DNA of 64,000 nt, taken from the NCBI GenBank assembly GCA_963813305.1, contig CAWEYP010000019.1:20082-84081 (forward strand), given 5' to 3'. Source of the DNA: an uncultured Chloroflexia bacterium. Its GTDB lineage: Bacteria > Chloroflexota > Limnocylindria > Limnocylindrales > CSP1-4. Positions 42,612-55,002 of the stretch are shown here, piece by piece. Position 1 is the stretch's first letter; every line of letters begins with the position of its first letter. Under the pieces are notes generated by a model, which made no database searches, was not told the DNA's origin, and saw only the letters and a program-made list of their open reading frames with translations. Both the position numbers and the translations under genes were made by a program.

Positions 42612-42695
42612 GAGCGAAGCTGCCCCGTTGGCGAGCGTGACTGCCCCGTTGGCGAGCGAAGCTGGCCCACTGGCAAGCGAAGCTGGCCCGTCGGC
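42612..42695. repeat. Intergenic 21-bp tandem repeat, 4 copies
   Basis: GAGCGAAGCTGCCCCGTTGGC-like units. Confidence 0.8.
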
Positions 42696-42800
42696 GACCC
42701 CGGCATTCGCCCCGCCTGCCGCACCGACCGCTGAACGGAACCCCGTGAGCCTGCCAGGCCGCCGCGTTTACCTGCCCGCCGCGCCCGTTCGGCTGCCGGC

Positions 42801-44157
42801 GTGACGGTGACAGCCCTGCGGCGGTACGCCCGCACCTTCACCGGCTTCGAGCGCGACGCCCGGATCTTCCTCGTCACGACGCTCGTCTACGGCGTGACGC
42901 TCAGCCTCTGGTGGGTCGACTTCAACCTCTACCTGACCTCCCTGGGCTTCGACCCCGCGTTCATCGGGATCAGCGGGACGGTCGGCTCGGCCGCGGGTGT
43001 CATCGCCGCGTTCCCCGCGAGCATCCTGTCGGACCGGTTCGGCCGCCGCCTCGTCCTGGCCCTCGGGACCGCGGGCGCCGGCCTGTCGATCGCCGGCCTC
43101 CTGTTCGCCACCTCGCCGCTGGCGATCCTGCTCCTCGCCGCCGCGATGGGTGCCGCGAACCAGGCCTACTTCGTGGTCCAGTCGCCGTTCATGATGGAGC
43201 GCAGCCGGCCGGAGCACCGCAACGAGCTCTTCTCGCTCCAGTTCGCGATCTCCAACCTGACGAACGTCGGCGCGGCCCTGCTCGGCGGGGCGATCGCGGC
43301 CGTGATCGGTACGGCGACGGGCGCCGGGTCGAGCGACCCGACGGTGCTACCGCATCCTCCTCCTCGTCATGCTGGTCGCGGCGGCCATCGCTACCCTGAC
43401 CGTGCTCGCCCTGCGCGACGACCGGCCGCGGCGGCGCCGGGACTGGCGCACGCTGGAGCAGCGCGCGGCCGACCCGTGGGCCGGCGAGCCGATCGCCGCC
43501 CGGCCCGACCTGCCCGAGATGACGCGCCGGGCCCGGCTGGGGATTCCGCGCCCGGCTGATCCCCGGACGTTCTGGCGCCTGCTGATCCCGGGCTTCCTGA
43601 TCGCCCTGGGCGCCGGACAGGTGATCCCCTACCTCAACGTCTTCATCGAGATCAAGTTCAACCTCGACCTCGCCGCCCTGAACGTGATCTTCGCCATCAC
43701 GAGCCTGGGGACGACGATCGCGATCCTCCTCCAGCCCGCCCTCGCCCGGCGCTTCGGGAAGGTCGGCTCGGTCGTCCTCGTCCAGGGCGTGAGCATCCCG
43801 TTCCTGGTCGTGCTTGGCTTCAGCCCGGTCCTGTCGACGGTGATCATCGCGATGATGGTCCGCAACTCGCTCATGAACGCCGGCAACCCGATCGCCAGCG
43901 CGTTCGCGATGGAGCAGCTCCGCCCGGCGGAACGGGCGGTCTACGCGGCGACCGCCAGCCTCCTCTGGTCGCTTGGCTGGGTGATCGCCGGGCCGTGGTA
44001 CAGCATCCTGCAGAAGACCCTGGGGTTCGAGGCCGGCTACACGGTCAACTTCATCACCATCATCGTCCTCTACTCCGTGGGCACGTGGCTCTACTGGCGC
44101 TGGTTCCACCCGGTGGAGGCGCGCCAGCGCGCCGCGGAGCGACGGCCGGCGGCCTGA
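42801..44157 (+). CDS. MFS transporter (frameshift near 43350)
   Basis: SDRFGRR motif A and many TM helices across ORFs 42801 and 43369. Confidence 0.85.
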
Positions 44158-44217
44158 CGCGGCCATGCGGCCGGCGGCCTGACGCGGCCCAACGGCGACG
44201 GCTATCCTCAGGGAACC

Positions 44218-45114
44218 ATGGCCGAGCAGCCGACGCCCGCCCCCGTCCCCGACCCCGGCGCCGCCGCCGCCCGCGCGAAGACCGGGATCCCGCGCAACCC
44301 GGGCCGCCACGACCTGGGAATGAAGGCGACGCTCCTGTTCCCGAACCGGGAGATCGTCGAGCGCTACTACGTCCCGCTCATCTACACGGCCTGCCGGACC
44401 TGCTACAGCGAGCTGGAGCCGGGCGAGATCTTCCGGCGCGCCGAGGCCGGCGAGATCGACCCCGCGAAGATGCAGAAGCTGATCAGCGGGGTCATCGAGA
44501 GCGGCCACGGCAGCACGATCGAGCACGTCGTCTTCACCTTCGGGATCAGCGGCGTGAGCCGGACGCTCTCGCACCAGCTGGTGCGCCACCGGGCCGGCGT
44601 CGCCTTCGACCAGCAGAGCCAGCGCTACGTCGCGTTCAAGGGGGCGGCCACGATGCTGCCGGGCACGATCGCCGACGCGGACCCGGACCTTCGCGCCCGC
44701 TTCGAGGAGCAGGTCGACGGGTCCCTGGGCCTGTACGGCGACCTGCTGGCGGCCGGGATCCCGGGCGAGGACGCGCGCTTCGTCTTCCCGAACGCGACGC
44801 GGACGAACCTGGTCATGACCGCCAACCTCCGCGCGCTCATCCACATGTCCGGGCTGCGGCTCTGCACGATGGCCCAGTGGGAGATCCGGCGGCTCTTCCA
44901 GCTGATCCGCCACGAGGTCTTCGCGGTCAGCCCGTTCCTCGGAAGCTTCCTCGCCCCCAAGTGCGTGCCGCTCGGCTACTGCGACGAGATGGGCAACCGC
45001 GACGAGCACTGCCCGATCCGACCGCACAAGGACACGGTGCTCGCGGCCTGGGCCGAGAAGGCACGGGCGGCGAAGGCCGCGGGCCGGACGCTACCCGTCG
45101 TCGACGGCGGCTAG
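44218..45114 (+). CDS. thyX: FAD-dependent thymidylate synthase
   Basis: GHGSTIEH, GVSRTLSHQLVRHRAGVAFDQQSQRY, EDARFVFP, NLRAL, AQWEIR. Confidence 0.93.
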   Translation: MAEQPTPAPVPDPGAAAARAKTGIPRNPGRHDLGMKATLLFPNREIVERYYVPLIYTACRTCYSELEPGEIFRRAEAGEIDPAKMQKLISGVIESGHGSTIEHVVFTFGISGVSRTLSHQLVRHRAGVAFDQQSQRYVAFKGAATMLPGTIADADPDLRARFEEQVDGSLGLYGDLLAAGIPGEDARFVFPNATRTNLVMTANLRALIHMSGLRLCTMAQWEIRRLFQLIRHEVFAVSPFLGSFLAPKCVPLGYCDEMGNRDEHCPIRPHKDTVLAAWAEKARAAKAAGRTLPVVDGG

Positions 45115-45121
45115 GCCGGCA

Positions 45122-45796
45122 ATGGATCAGCGCATGGCGATCCGCCTGCAGTTCGATCGGATCCCGCCGGGAGTGGAGATCGGGCCGCACCGCCACGGGG
45201 TCGAGACGCTCGTCTACGTGGCAGCCGGCGAGATCGTCTTCGAGCACGGGCCCGATCTCCGGCGGCGGGCCGTGATCCGCGCCGGCGACGTCCTCTACGA
45301 GGCCCCCGCGGAGTACCACCTGGTCCGCAACGAGTCGTCGATCGATGCCCTCGCGCTTCTCGCCGCGGTCGAGGTCGCCCCGGATCGCCCCGGCGACGTC
45401 CTCCGGACGTGGAACGCGGAGGGCGAGCCGGTCCGGCGTCGCGAGGGGGCGCGCGTGGTCGAGGGCCCGGGCATCCGGACACGCGTGCTCGTCGAGCCGG
45501 GCGACTTCGGGACCGACGCCTTCTTCCTCGGCGAGGTCGAGATCGAGCCGGGCGGCGGCACCGGGTGGCATCGCCACCAGCGATCCGAGCACGTCATCGT
45601 CGTCTTCGAGGGCCGGGGCACGGTGCGTGTCGGCGCGCTCGAAGAGACGCTCGAGCCGCTCAAGGGCGTCCGCGTGGAGATGGGCCTGCCGCACGCGATC
45701 ACGAACACCGGCCGGACGACGCTCCGCTACTACGTCTGCAGCACGCCGGCGGCCGACCCGCTGAGCGACCGGGAGGACGTCGACCCGCCCACCTGA
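45122..45796 (+). CDS. Tandem cupin-domain protein
   Basis: PHRHGVETLVY and WHRHQRSEH...PHAITNTG. Confidence 0.85.
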   Translation: MDQRMAIRLQFDRIPPGVEIGPHRHGVETLVYVAAGEIVFEHGPDLRRRAVIRAGDVLYEAPAEYHLVRNESSIDALALLAAVEVAPDRPGDVLRTWNAEGEPVRRREGARVVEGPGIRTRVLVEPGDFGTDAFFLGEVEIEPGGGTGWHRHQRSEHVIVVFEGRGTVRVGALEETLEPLKGVRVEMGLPHAITNTGRTTLRYYVCSTPAADPLSDREDVDPPT

Positions 45797-45943
45797 TGGG
45801 CGCGTCCGGGCGATGGATGCCCCGGACACGGAACCGCCCCGGAAGGGAGTACCGACACCGGGATGCCGGTCGCGTCCCCACCGGGGCGATCGCCGCGCGT
45901 TCGGGACGACACGAGGCCGGCCCGTTCGTACGGACATGGTTAC

Positions 45944-46088
45944 GCCCAGAGGAACCGAGATCCCGAGCGGCCCCTTGATGCAATCGCAGCGCCTCTCGGA
46001 GGGAGAGCCCCCGGGATTGCTCCCGAGCGTCTCGCCGGACCTCGTTGATGTAATCGCCGTGGTCTCGACTCTCGCGGCCCCTCCGGGC
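45944..46088. ncRNA. Candidate rod-like structured ncRNA (6S-like?)
   Basis: Nested end-to-end complementarity (GCCCAGAGG/CCTCCGGGC, CGAGAT/GTCTCG, CGGC/GCCG, CTCGG/CCGAG) around an AT-richer bubble, between convergent genes. Confidence 0.35.
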
Positions 46089-46129
46089 AAGACAGATCAT
46101 CGCCGGGCGGCCAGGGCACGACAACCGGG

Positions 46130-46204
46130 TTATCCACGAATGTGGCCGGCCGGCCCGTTCGCGCGTCCACGGCTTTTTCCCCCATGTGGAGAACCTGTGG
46201 ACAA
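46130..46204. promoter_or_regulatory. Cluster of DnaA-box-like 9-mers
   Basis: TTATCCACG (46130-38), TGTGGAGAA (46185-93), TGTGGACAA (46196-204), plus weaker copies. Confidence 0.5.
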
Positions 46205-46253
46205 CCCCGTTGCCCGCGCACCACGGGCGGGGATGGCCGGCCGGCCGGCCGCG

Positions 46254-46850
46254 TCAGCGATGCCGGCCCACGGCCGGGCGGACGACCACGGTGCCGGCCC
46301 TCCGGTCGTGGAAGCCGCGCCGCAGCGGATCGACGGCGGCCGTCAGGAACAGGAACGCGTACCAGCCGGTGTTGATCCCCGCCACGGTCGAGATCGGGAG
46401 CGCCCCCGCGGCCCCGAGCGTGCTGCAGCAGAGGGGCAGGAGCTGGAGCACGGCCCAGCGAATCGACGCGGCCGGCGCGGGCACGCGCTCGGGATCCGGC
46501 GGCAGCGTGGGCGGCGCCCCCGGCGTCGGCGGGATCCCGGGTCCGACGGCCCGGACCGCGACGCCGCAGATCCGCTGCCCGGGCGTCATGCCCCAGCGAA
46601 CCCAGCAGCCCGCGTAGTAGGCGGCGTCGGTGACGAGGGTCAGCGTGAGCTCGAGGGCAACTCGGAAGGGATCGACGGCGACGACCACGACACCCGCTCC
46701 GGTGGGGTCGGCTTCGACCAGGACGCCCAGGGCCGTGTCGAGGACGAAGGCGTAGACGACGTAGACCGGGATGAGGATGAAGCCGTCGATGAAGAAGGCG
46801 ACGAGCCGCCGCGTCAACGTCGCGACGGGAGCCGGCGCGTGGAGCGCCAC
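46254..46850 (-). CDS. RDD family membrane protein
   Basis: [36 protein letters not shown]. Confidence 0.87.
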   Translation of the reverse strand: MALHAPAPVATLTRRLVAFFIDGFILIPVYVVYAFVLDTALGVLVEADPTGAGVVVVAVDPFRVALELTLTLVTDAAYYAGCWVRWGMTPGQRICGVAVRAVGPGIPPTPGAPPTLPPDPERVPAPAASIRWAVLQLLPLCCSTLGAAGALPISTVAGINTGWYAFLFLTAAVDPLRRGFHDRRAGTVVVRPAVGRHR

Positions 46851-46860
46851 CGGCAGGCCC

Positions 46861-47905
<1,045 letters not shown>

Positions 47906-48071
47906 GGTCGGCACATGGTAGACGCGACGCCTGCCCGACGCGCGCGCGGTGTCCGACGCGCGCGCGGCGCGTCCGGCGGCCCCGCCGTGGCCTCGCCGGA
48001 TGCATCCGCGGCGGCCGCCGACCCTCGGTGACGTCGCGCACCGCGCCGGTGCGCCGGGTCACCGATGGGAC

Positions 48072-48110
48072 CCCGCCGGTACCACCGGCGGTGCCCGCTG
48101 GTACCACCAG
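48072..48110. promoter_or_regulatory. Two tandem palindromic operator-like sites
   Basis: CCGGT-acc-ACCGG and CTGGT-acc-ACCAG with a 22-bp period, in a divergent intergenic region. Confidence 0.45.
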
Positions 48111-48199
48111 TCAACTCCACCGCACCGCTCCGACCTCCTAGCATCCGCCGCAGGCGTCAGTGACGCCCGGACCGAACGCGCAGCAGGGGACTGAGCAGC

Positions 48200-49939
48200 A
48201 TGGCAACCACCGATTCCCGAACCGGGTTCCGCCTTCCGTGGAGCACGGACCGGGCGGCCTCCCGGGAGGCGTCGGCCGAACTCTGCCGACGAGCTCTCCG
48301 TCGCCGCGCCGATGGTCGACAGCGACACCGCCGCGGCACCCACGCCCGGACCGGGCGACACCAGCGACCAGGACGCGACCGGGGACAGCGTCCGGGCGCA
48401 GGAGGAGGAACTCGTGACGATCCTCGCGCCCGATACGGCGCAGCATCCCGCAGCGGTCGTCTCCCCGACGCCGGAGCCGGCGAGCGGCCCTGAACACTCC
48501 GCCGCTCCGGACCCGGTTCCCGCGGCGCCGACGCGCCGCCGACGAAGTTCCTGGCGGACCTGACGCGGGCCATGCAGTCGGCGGCCGAGCAGGCGCGCAC
48601 CGCGACGCTCGACCAGTACCGCGCCGAGGGCACCAGCGCCATCGAGCAGATCCATGCCCGTTCCGCGACGGGTGCCACGGAGCTCCGACGCCGCGCCGAC
48701 GACGACGTCGCCGTCATCAAGGAATGGTCCAAGGCCGAGATCGCCCGGATCCGCGAGGAGACCGAGCGACGGGTCACGTCCCGGCGCGAGCAGCTCGAGG
48801 GTCAGCTCGAGCGGCACGCGGCGATCGTCGAGCACGAGATCGAGAAGATCCGCGGCCGCGTCTCGTCCTTCGAGAGCGAGATGGGCGCCTTCTTCGACGA
48901 TCTCCTGGGCGAGCAGGACCCGGGGGTCTTCGCCGCCCGGGCGGCGAGCCTGCCGGAGCCCCCGTCGTTCGAGAATCTCGACGACGACGCCATCGCCGCG
49001 CTCCTCCAGGAGCCGGGTCTCGGCGTCCCCGAGCCGACGGCGGGAGCCGCCGTCGAGGGAGACCGTCGTGGAGACGGCCGAGGTCGACGCATCGAGACAG
49101 AGCCGAGGCCGATACGTCGAGACGGCAGTCGAGGCCGAGGTCGAGGCCACCGCCGAGGTCGTCGCCGAGGCCGAGGTCGAGGTCACCCGGGCCGAGGCCG
49201 TCGTCGAGGCCGACGCCACGGCCGAGGCCGAGGTCGAGGCCCCGCTCGATCGCGAGGCCGCCATGGCCGCCATCCAGGCCGCCGCCGAGGCCGCCGCCTC
49301 CCTGGAGACCGTCGAGGCCACCGGCGACGGGCCCGAGGCGTCCGTCGCCGCCGAGCCGGAGGCAGAGACCGTCGCGCGAGGACGACACGGAGCCCGCGGC
49401 GGAGGAGCAGTCGCTCGTCCCGACACCGCGAATCCGTCACCGAGGCGGCGCCCGAGACGCCGGACCTCACCGAGGCCGCCGCCGAGGTCGAGGCCGAGCC
49501 GGACGTGGACCCGCGCCTCGCGATGCTGGGGCTCACCCCCGACTTCGCCGCCGCCGAGATGGCCGCGGCGGAGGCGGCGGCGGCCGAGATCGACGAGGTC
49601 CCCGAGATCGGCAGCGACGCCCTCGCGGCCCGTCTCTCCGGCCTGGTCCCCGGCGAGTCGCAGGCGCCCGCGACGCCGAGCGTCACCACCCAGGTCGTCG
49701 TCACCGGCCTGGTCAGTGTCGCCAGCATCGCCAGCTTCAAGCGCCATGTCGGCCGCCTGGTCGGGGTCGCCCATGTCGGCGTCTCCTCCGGGCCCGACGG
49801 CGAGTTCCTCTTCGCCGTGGAGCACGATCCGGAGACCTCGCTGCGCGACCTGGTCCCGACGCTTCCCGGCTTCGGGGCCCGCGTGGTGGGCGCCGGCGAC
49901 GGGATCGTCCACGTCAGCGCGCAGGACCCGCAGGACTGA
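48200..49939 (+). CDS. Hypothetical acidic coiled-coil protein (frameshifted)
   Basis: Starts MATTDSRTGFRLPW; heptad-rich core ...EWSKAEIARIREETE...; Glu/Ala repeats; C-terminal alpha/beta domain VVVTGLVSVASIASFKR. Confidence 0.65.
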
Positions 49940-49972
49940 CGTCCGACGGCCAGCACCAGGAAGGACGCAGCG

Positions 49973-51211
49973 ATGGCTCGCCCCTCGATCGCGATCGCCC
50001 TGCCCCGGGACGAGCAGGGCCCCGTGGCCGGCGCTCTCCGCGAGGCCGACCTCGATCCGATCGTGGTCCACCGTCCGGAGGAGCTGGAAGCCCACCTGGC
50101 CACGGGCCGGGACATCGCGGTCGCGATCCTGGACGGCGAGAACGACTTCGACACGTCGCTGGAGTACTACGCCTCCTGCACGAGGCCGGTCGCGACATCC
50201 CGGCCCTGATGGTCCTGTCGGCGCGCGCGCTCGAGCGCGTCGGGGGAGCGCACGCCGGGACGAAGGACGAGTACTTCACGCGTCCCTACTCGGCCGAGTC
50301 GATCCGCTGGCGGATCGAGGCGATGATGATCCGCCGCCTGGCCGTCGACGACGGCAGCGGCGCGGTCATCCAGACCGGGCCGCTCACGATCGACGACTGG
50401 TCGCGCAACGGGACGATGGTCGCCGTCTTCAACCCCAAGGGCGGCGTCGGCAAGACGACCATCGCCGTCAACCTGGCCGCGGCCCTCACCGCGATGGGCC
50501 GCCGCGTCCTCCTCGTCGACGCCGACACGGTGACCGGCCACATCGCGAGCTCGCTCGGCCTGGAGCACGTCCGGACGCTCGTCGACGAGGTCATCGACGC
50601 GAACGAGGCCGGGGTCGACCCGCCGGCCACGCTGGACGACCTGCTGTCCGCGCACCCGTCGGGGATGCAGGTCCTGGTCCTCGCGTCGAGCCCGCTCAAG
50701 ACGTCGCTCCTGGACCCGGCCCACGTCGCCGCCGCGATCGACACCGGGCGGCGCAACCACGACGTCGTCGTCGTCGACCTGCACCCCGACTACGACCCCC
50801 TCAACCGGGCGATCTTCGAGAAGGCCGACCGGATCCTCGTGCCGGTGACGCCCGGACGTGCCGGCCCTTCGCGCCGCCGTTCAGCTGCGGGACGTCGCCG
50901 GCGAGCTCGGGTTCGCCGACAAGCTCGCGATGGTCATCAACCGCGCCAACAGCGGGGTCTCCGTCGGCGACATGGAGCGCACGATCGGGATGCCCTCGCT
51001 GGCGCTCATCCGGTCGGCCGGCCTGCAGCTGGTGAAGTCCGCCAACGAGGGCCGCACGGTCATCGAGCTCTTCCCCCGCGAGAAGGTGACCGAGGACTTC
51101 CGCATCCTCGCCGAACGGGTCGTCGGGGCTCCCCGGGCCAAGAGCGAGGTGCCCTCGCGCCTCAGCCTCGCCTCGCTCTTCGGGCGCCGCAAGGAGTCGG
51201 TCCGGGCCTGA
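49973..51211 (+). CDS. Receiver-like domain + ParA/MinD (CpaE-like) ATPase (frameshifted)
   Basis: NPKGGVGKTT, VLLVDAD, VVVDL, VINRANS, SANEG. AGGAAGGA RBS. Confidence 0.8.
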
Positions 51212-51227
51212 CTCCCTCGCGGCCGGG

Positions 51228-51863
51228 TCAGCCGCTGCCCGACGCCCGGCCGAGCAGCGCCCCGGCTGCCTCCACCGTGCGCCGGTCGACCTGGTCGACG
51301 CCTCGCAGGTAGGACCGGTTGACGAGCACGACGTCGATCTCCGGGTCGTTGAGCGGCTGCTCCCCGAGGAGGGCCACGGCGTCCGTGACGGGCACGAACA
51401 GCTCCGTGCTGCGGTCGAGGAGGCGCTCCGGCTCCGAGCCCGGGAAGAGGAACACCGTGCCGATCACCCGGAACGGCGGGACCTGCAGGGCGACGTCGTA
51501 GGGGACCTTGTGGAGCTTGTAGGCGCTGCGCTCCGCCTCGGTCAGCGACGGCAGCGAGCCGACGCCCGCGAAGACGACGATCAGGTCGAACGGGTCCACC
51601 TTCTCCAGGCCGGGCGCCGGGCTGAGCTCCTCGGAGCCGTCGACGGGCGCCCAGCGGACGTCGGCGATCGGGATCGCCTCCCGCCGATTGAGCACGTCGG
51701 ACAGGCGCCGGTCGATCTCCATGCGCCCGACGAGGCGCCACTCCTCCGTGAGCCCCTCGAACGGGAACCCCGCGGGTTCCCCCCGGGCCGGGGCGCCCGG
51801 GCCGGCGGCCTCGCCGGCCGGGGCCGGCTTCGACTTCTCGCCACGCTTGAATCCGAAGGGCAC
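51228..51863 (-). CDS. Hypothetical protein with two similar small beta domains (DUF6812-like)
   Basis: RLVGRM...RLSDVLN and FRVIGTV...FVPVTDA...VLVNRSYL. Confidence 0.6.
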   Translation of the reverse strand: MPFGFKRGEKSKPAPAGEAAGPGAPARGEPAGFPFEGLTEEWRLVGRMEIDRRLSDVLNRREAIPIADVRWAPVDGSEELSPAPGLEKVDPFDLIVVFAGVGSLPSLTEAERSAYKLHKVPYDVALQVPPFRVIGTVFLFPGSEPERLLDRSTELFVPVTDAVALLGEQPLNDPEIDVVLVNRSYLRGVDQVDRRTVEAAGALLGRASGSG

Positions 51864-51867
51864 GCGC

Positions 51868-53836
51868 TCAGTCCTCCGCCTTGCCGGTGTTCTCGCGGAT
51901 GGCCTCGACGACGGTCGCGTCCGCGAGCGTCGTCGTGTCGCCGAGGATGCGGCCCTCGGCGATGTCGCGCAGGAGGCGCCGCATGATCTTGCCCGACCGC
52001 GTCTTCGGCAGGTCGGGCGTGAACATCAGGTACTTCGGCCGCGCGATCGGCCCGATGACGTACGCGACGTGCTCGCGGAGCTGGACGCGCCAGGGCGTCG
52101 GACGGCTCGCTGCCCGCTCCGCAGGGTCACGAAGGCGAAGATCGCCTGGCCCGAGATGTCGTCGCTCTTGCCGACGACGGCGGCCTCGGCGACGGACGGA
52201 TGGTCGACGAGCGCGGACTCCACCTCGATCGTCGACAGGCGGTGGCCGGCCACGTTCATGACGTCGTCGACGCGGCCCAGGAGCCAGAGGTAGCCGTCCT
52301 CGTCCTTCTTGGCGCCGTCGCCGGCGAAGTACTTCCCGGGGAAGCGGCTCCAGTAGGTCTGCCGGTAGCGCTCCGGGTCGCCGTAGATGCCGCGCAGCAT
52401 CGACGGCCACGGCCGGGTCAGGACCAGGTAGCCGCCGCCGCCCCGCGGGACCGGGTTCCCGGCGGCGTCCACCACCTCGGCCCCGATCCCCGGCATCGGG
52501 AACGTGGCCGAGCCGGGCTTCGTCGTCGTCACGCCGGGGAGCGGGCTGATCAGGATGCTGCCGGTCTCCGTCTGCCACCAGGTGTCGACGATGGGCGCCT
52601 TCGCGCCGCCGATGTGGGTGTGGTACCAGAGCCAGGCCTCGGGGTTGATCGGCTCGCCGACGGAGCCGAGGAGGCGCAGCGACGACAGGTCGTGCCGCCG
52701 CGGGAACTCCTCGCCCTGCTTCATGAAGGCGCGGATGGCCGTCGGGGCGGTGTACAGGATCGTCACCCGGTAGTCCTCGACGATCTGCCACCAGCGGTCC
52801 CAGGCCGGCGTGTCGGGCGCGCCCTCGTAGATGATCCCCGTCGTCGCGTTGGCCAGCGGCCCGAACACGATGTAGCTGTGGCCGGTGACCCAGCCGATGT
52901 CGGCCGCGCACCAGTAGACGTCGTCGGGCTTGATGTCGAAGACGGCGTGGTGGGTGAAGCTGGCCCCCAGGAGGTAGCCGGCCGTCGTGTGCATGATGCC
53001 CTTGGGCTTGGCCGTGGTCCCCGACGTGTAGAGCAGGTAGAGCATGTGCTCCGAGTCGACGGGACCGGGTCGCACTGCGTCCGACTGGCGGTCCACGAGC
53101 TCGTGCCACCAGTGGTCGCGGCCCTCCACCATGTGGACGCCGCCGCCGAGGCGCTCGACCACGATGGAGGCCGTGATCGTCGGGCGTCGACGCCATCGCC
53201 TCGTCGGCGTGGTGCTTGAGGCCGACGTGCCTGCCGCGCCGCCAGCCGCCGTCGGCCGTGATGAGCACCTTCGCCCCGGCGTCGTTGATGCGGTCGGCGA
53301 GCGCCTCGGACGAGAAGCCGCCGAAGACCACCGTGAACGGCGCGCCGATCCGCGCGCAGGCGAGCATCGCCACCGGCAGCTCGGGGATCATCGGCATGTA
53401 GATCGCGACCCGGTCGCCGGTCCCGACGCCGAGCTCCCGCAGGGCGTTGGCGGCCCGGTTGACCCGCGCCTGCAGGTCGCGGTAGGTGATCGTCTGCGTG
53501 TCGCCCGGCTCCCCGATCCAGTGGTAGGCGACCTTCTCGCCGAGGCCGCGCTCCACGTGCCGGTCGACGCAGTTGTAGGCGACGTTGAGCTCGCCGCCGA
53601 CGAACCACTTCGCGAACGGCAGGTCCCACTCGAGGGTCGTGTCGAACGGCGTGCGTCCAGCTGAGACGCTCGCGCGCCTGGGCGGCCCAGAAGGCCTCCG
53701 GGTCTCGCTCGGCCTCCTCGTACAGCTCGGCGGTCACGTTGGCCGTGGCGACGAACGCCGGATCGGGCGCGAACGTGCGCTGCTCGTGCAGCAGCGCCTC
53801 GATCTCGGGCTGGGGCGGCGTCGGTTCGGGCTGCAC
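51868..53836 (-). CDS. acs: Acetate--CoA ligase (frameshifted)
   Basis: [55 protein letters not shown]. Confidence 0.92.
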
Positions 53837-53937
53837 GCCGGGCACCTCCGTGGCTCCGCGGGATGGCCGCATCATACGCAGCCCGACGCCGGCCCGCGGG
53901 CCCGGGTCATGCACCGGGCCGCGCGGCGCGACCGCCG

Positions 53938-54901
53938 TCAGGTGTACTCGGCGCCGCCCTCGGCATCGGCCGCCGGTCTCCGCGTCCGGGCTCGGGGCGC
54001 GCGCGCCACGATGACCGTGCGCCCGGCGGCGAGGTCGATCCCGGCGAGGCGCAGGCCGTCCATGGCCCGCCGGCGGAGCTCCCCCGCCACCTCCCACTGC
54101 TCGCCGGGACGCACCGTCGCGGAGACGAGGATCGGGATGCCCGGGTCGCCGGGCGCGGCGGCATCGACGCGCACGACGCGCGGCGGCTCGATGAAGCGGT
54201 CGTCCCAGCCGTCGGCGGCCGCGAGGGCGACGCACACGTCGTCGAGCACGGCCGTCGCGCGCGCGATGTCGGTGCCGGCTGCGACGGCGAAGCGCTCGTT
54301 GACGCGGGCGAAGGTGCGCGTGAAGTTGGAGGCGACCAGGATCTCGCCGTTGGGCACCGAGTGGACGACGCCGTCGGCGTCGCGCACGACCGTGCGCCGG
54401 AGCCCGACCTCCTCGACGGTGCCGCGGATCCCGGCGATGGCGACGACGTCGCCGACGCTGAACGGGTTCTCGCCGAGGATGAGGATCCCGTTCAGGTAGT
54501 CGCGGACCAGCTGCTGCGCGCCGAAGCCCAGCGCCGCGCCGATGGCCGCGCCGAGCGCCACGCCGAGCGCGCCGAGGGCGGCGATCACCTCCGGGGCGAG
54601 GATCCCGATGCTCGCGAAGACGCCGAACACCACGAGGACCGCCCGGCCCAGCCGCGAGACGAACAGGACGACCGTGTCGAGGCGCCGTCGCCGGATCGCC
54701 TCCTTGACGACCCGTTCCTCCGGCGGCAGGTCGCCCTCGCCGGGCACGGGTGTCGTCGCGGCACGCGCGGCCAGGCGGCGGACGAGCGCCATCGTGACCA
54801 CGTAGACGACGACGAGGGCGACGACGATCAGCCGCGACGACGGCGAGCCGGCCGGCGATGATCAGCGCGAGGTCGACGAGCCGGTCGAGGATGTCCTGCA
54901 C
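53938..54901 (-). CDS. Small-conductance mechanosensitive channel (MscS family), 5' frameshift
   Basis: GFGAQQLVRDYLNG, FSVGDVV, GTVEEVGLRRT, VPNG. Confidence 0.87.
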
Positions 54902-55002
54902 GCGCGTAGCCTAGCGCCGGGCGCGGCGGCGTGAGCGCCGGGCGGCGGCCGGCCGCCGCGCGGCGTGGCCGGCCGCCGGCGTATCTGCCTGCGGCCCCCG
55001 GG

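Noticed and set aside
42612-42695. Mini-CRISPR
   Set aside because: The units are contiguous with no spacers.
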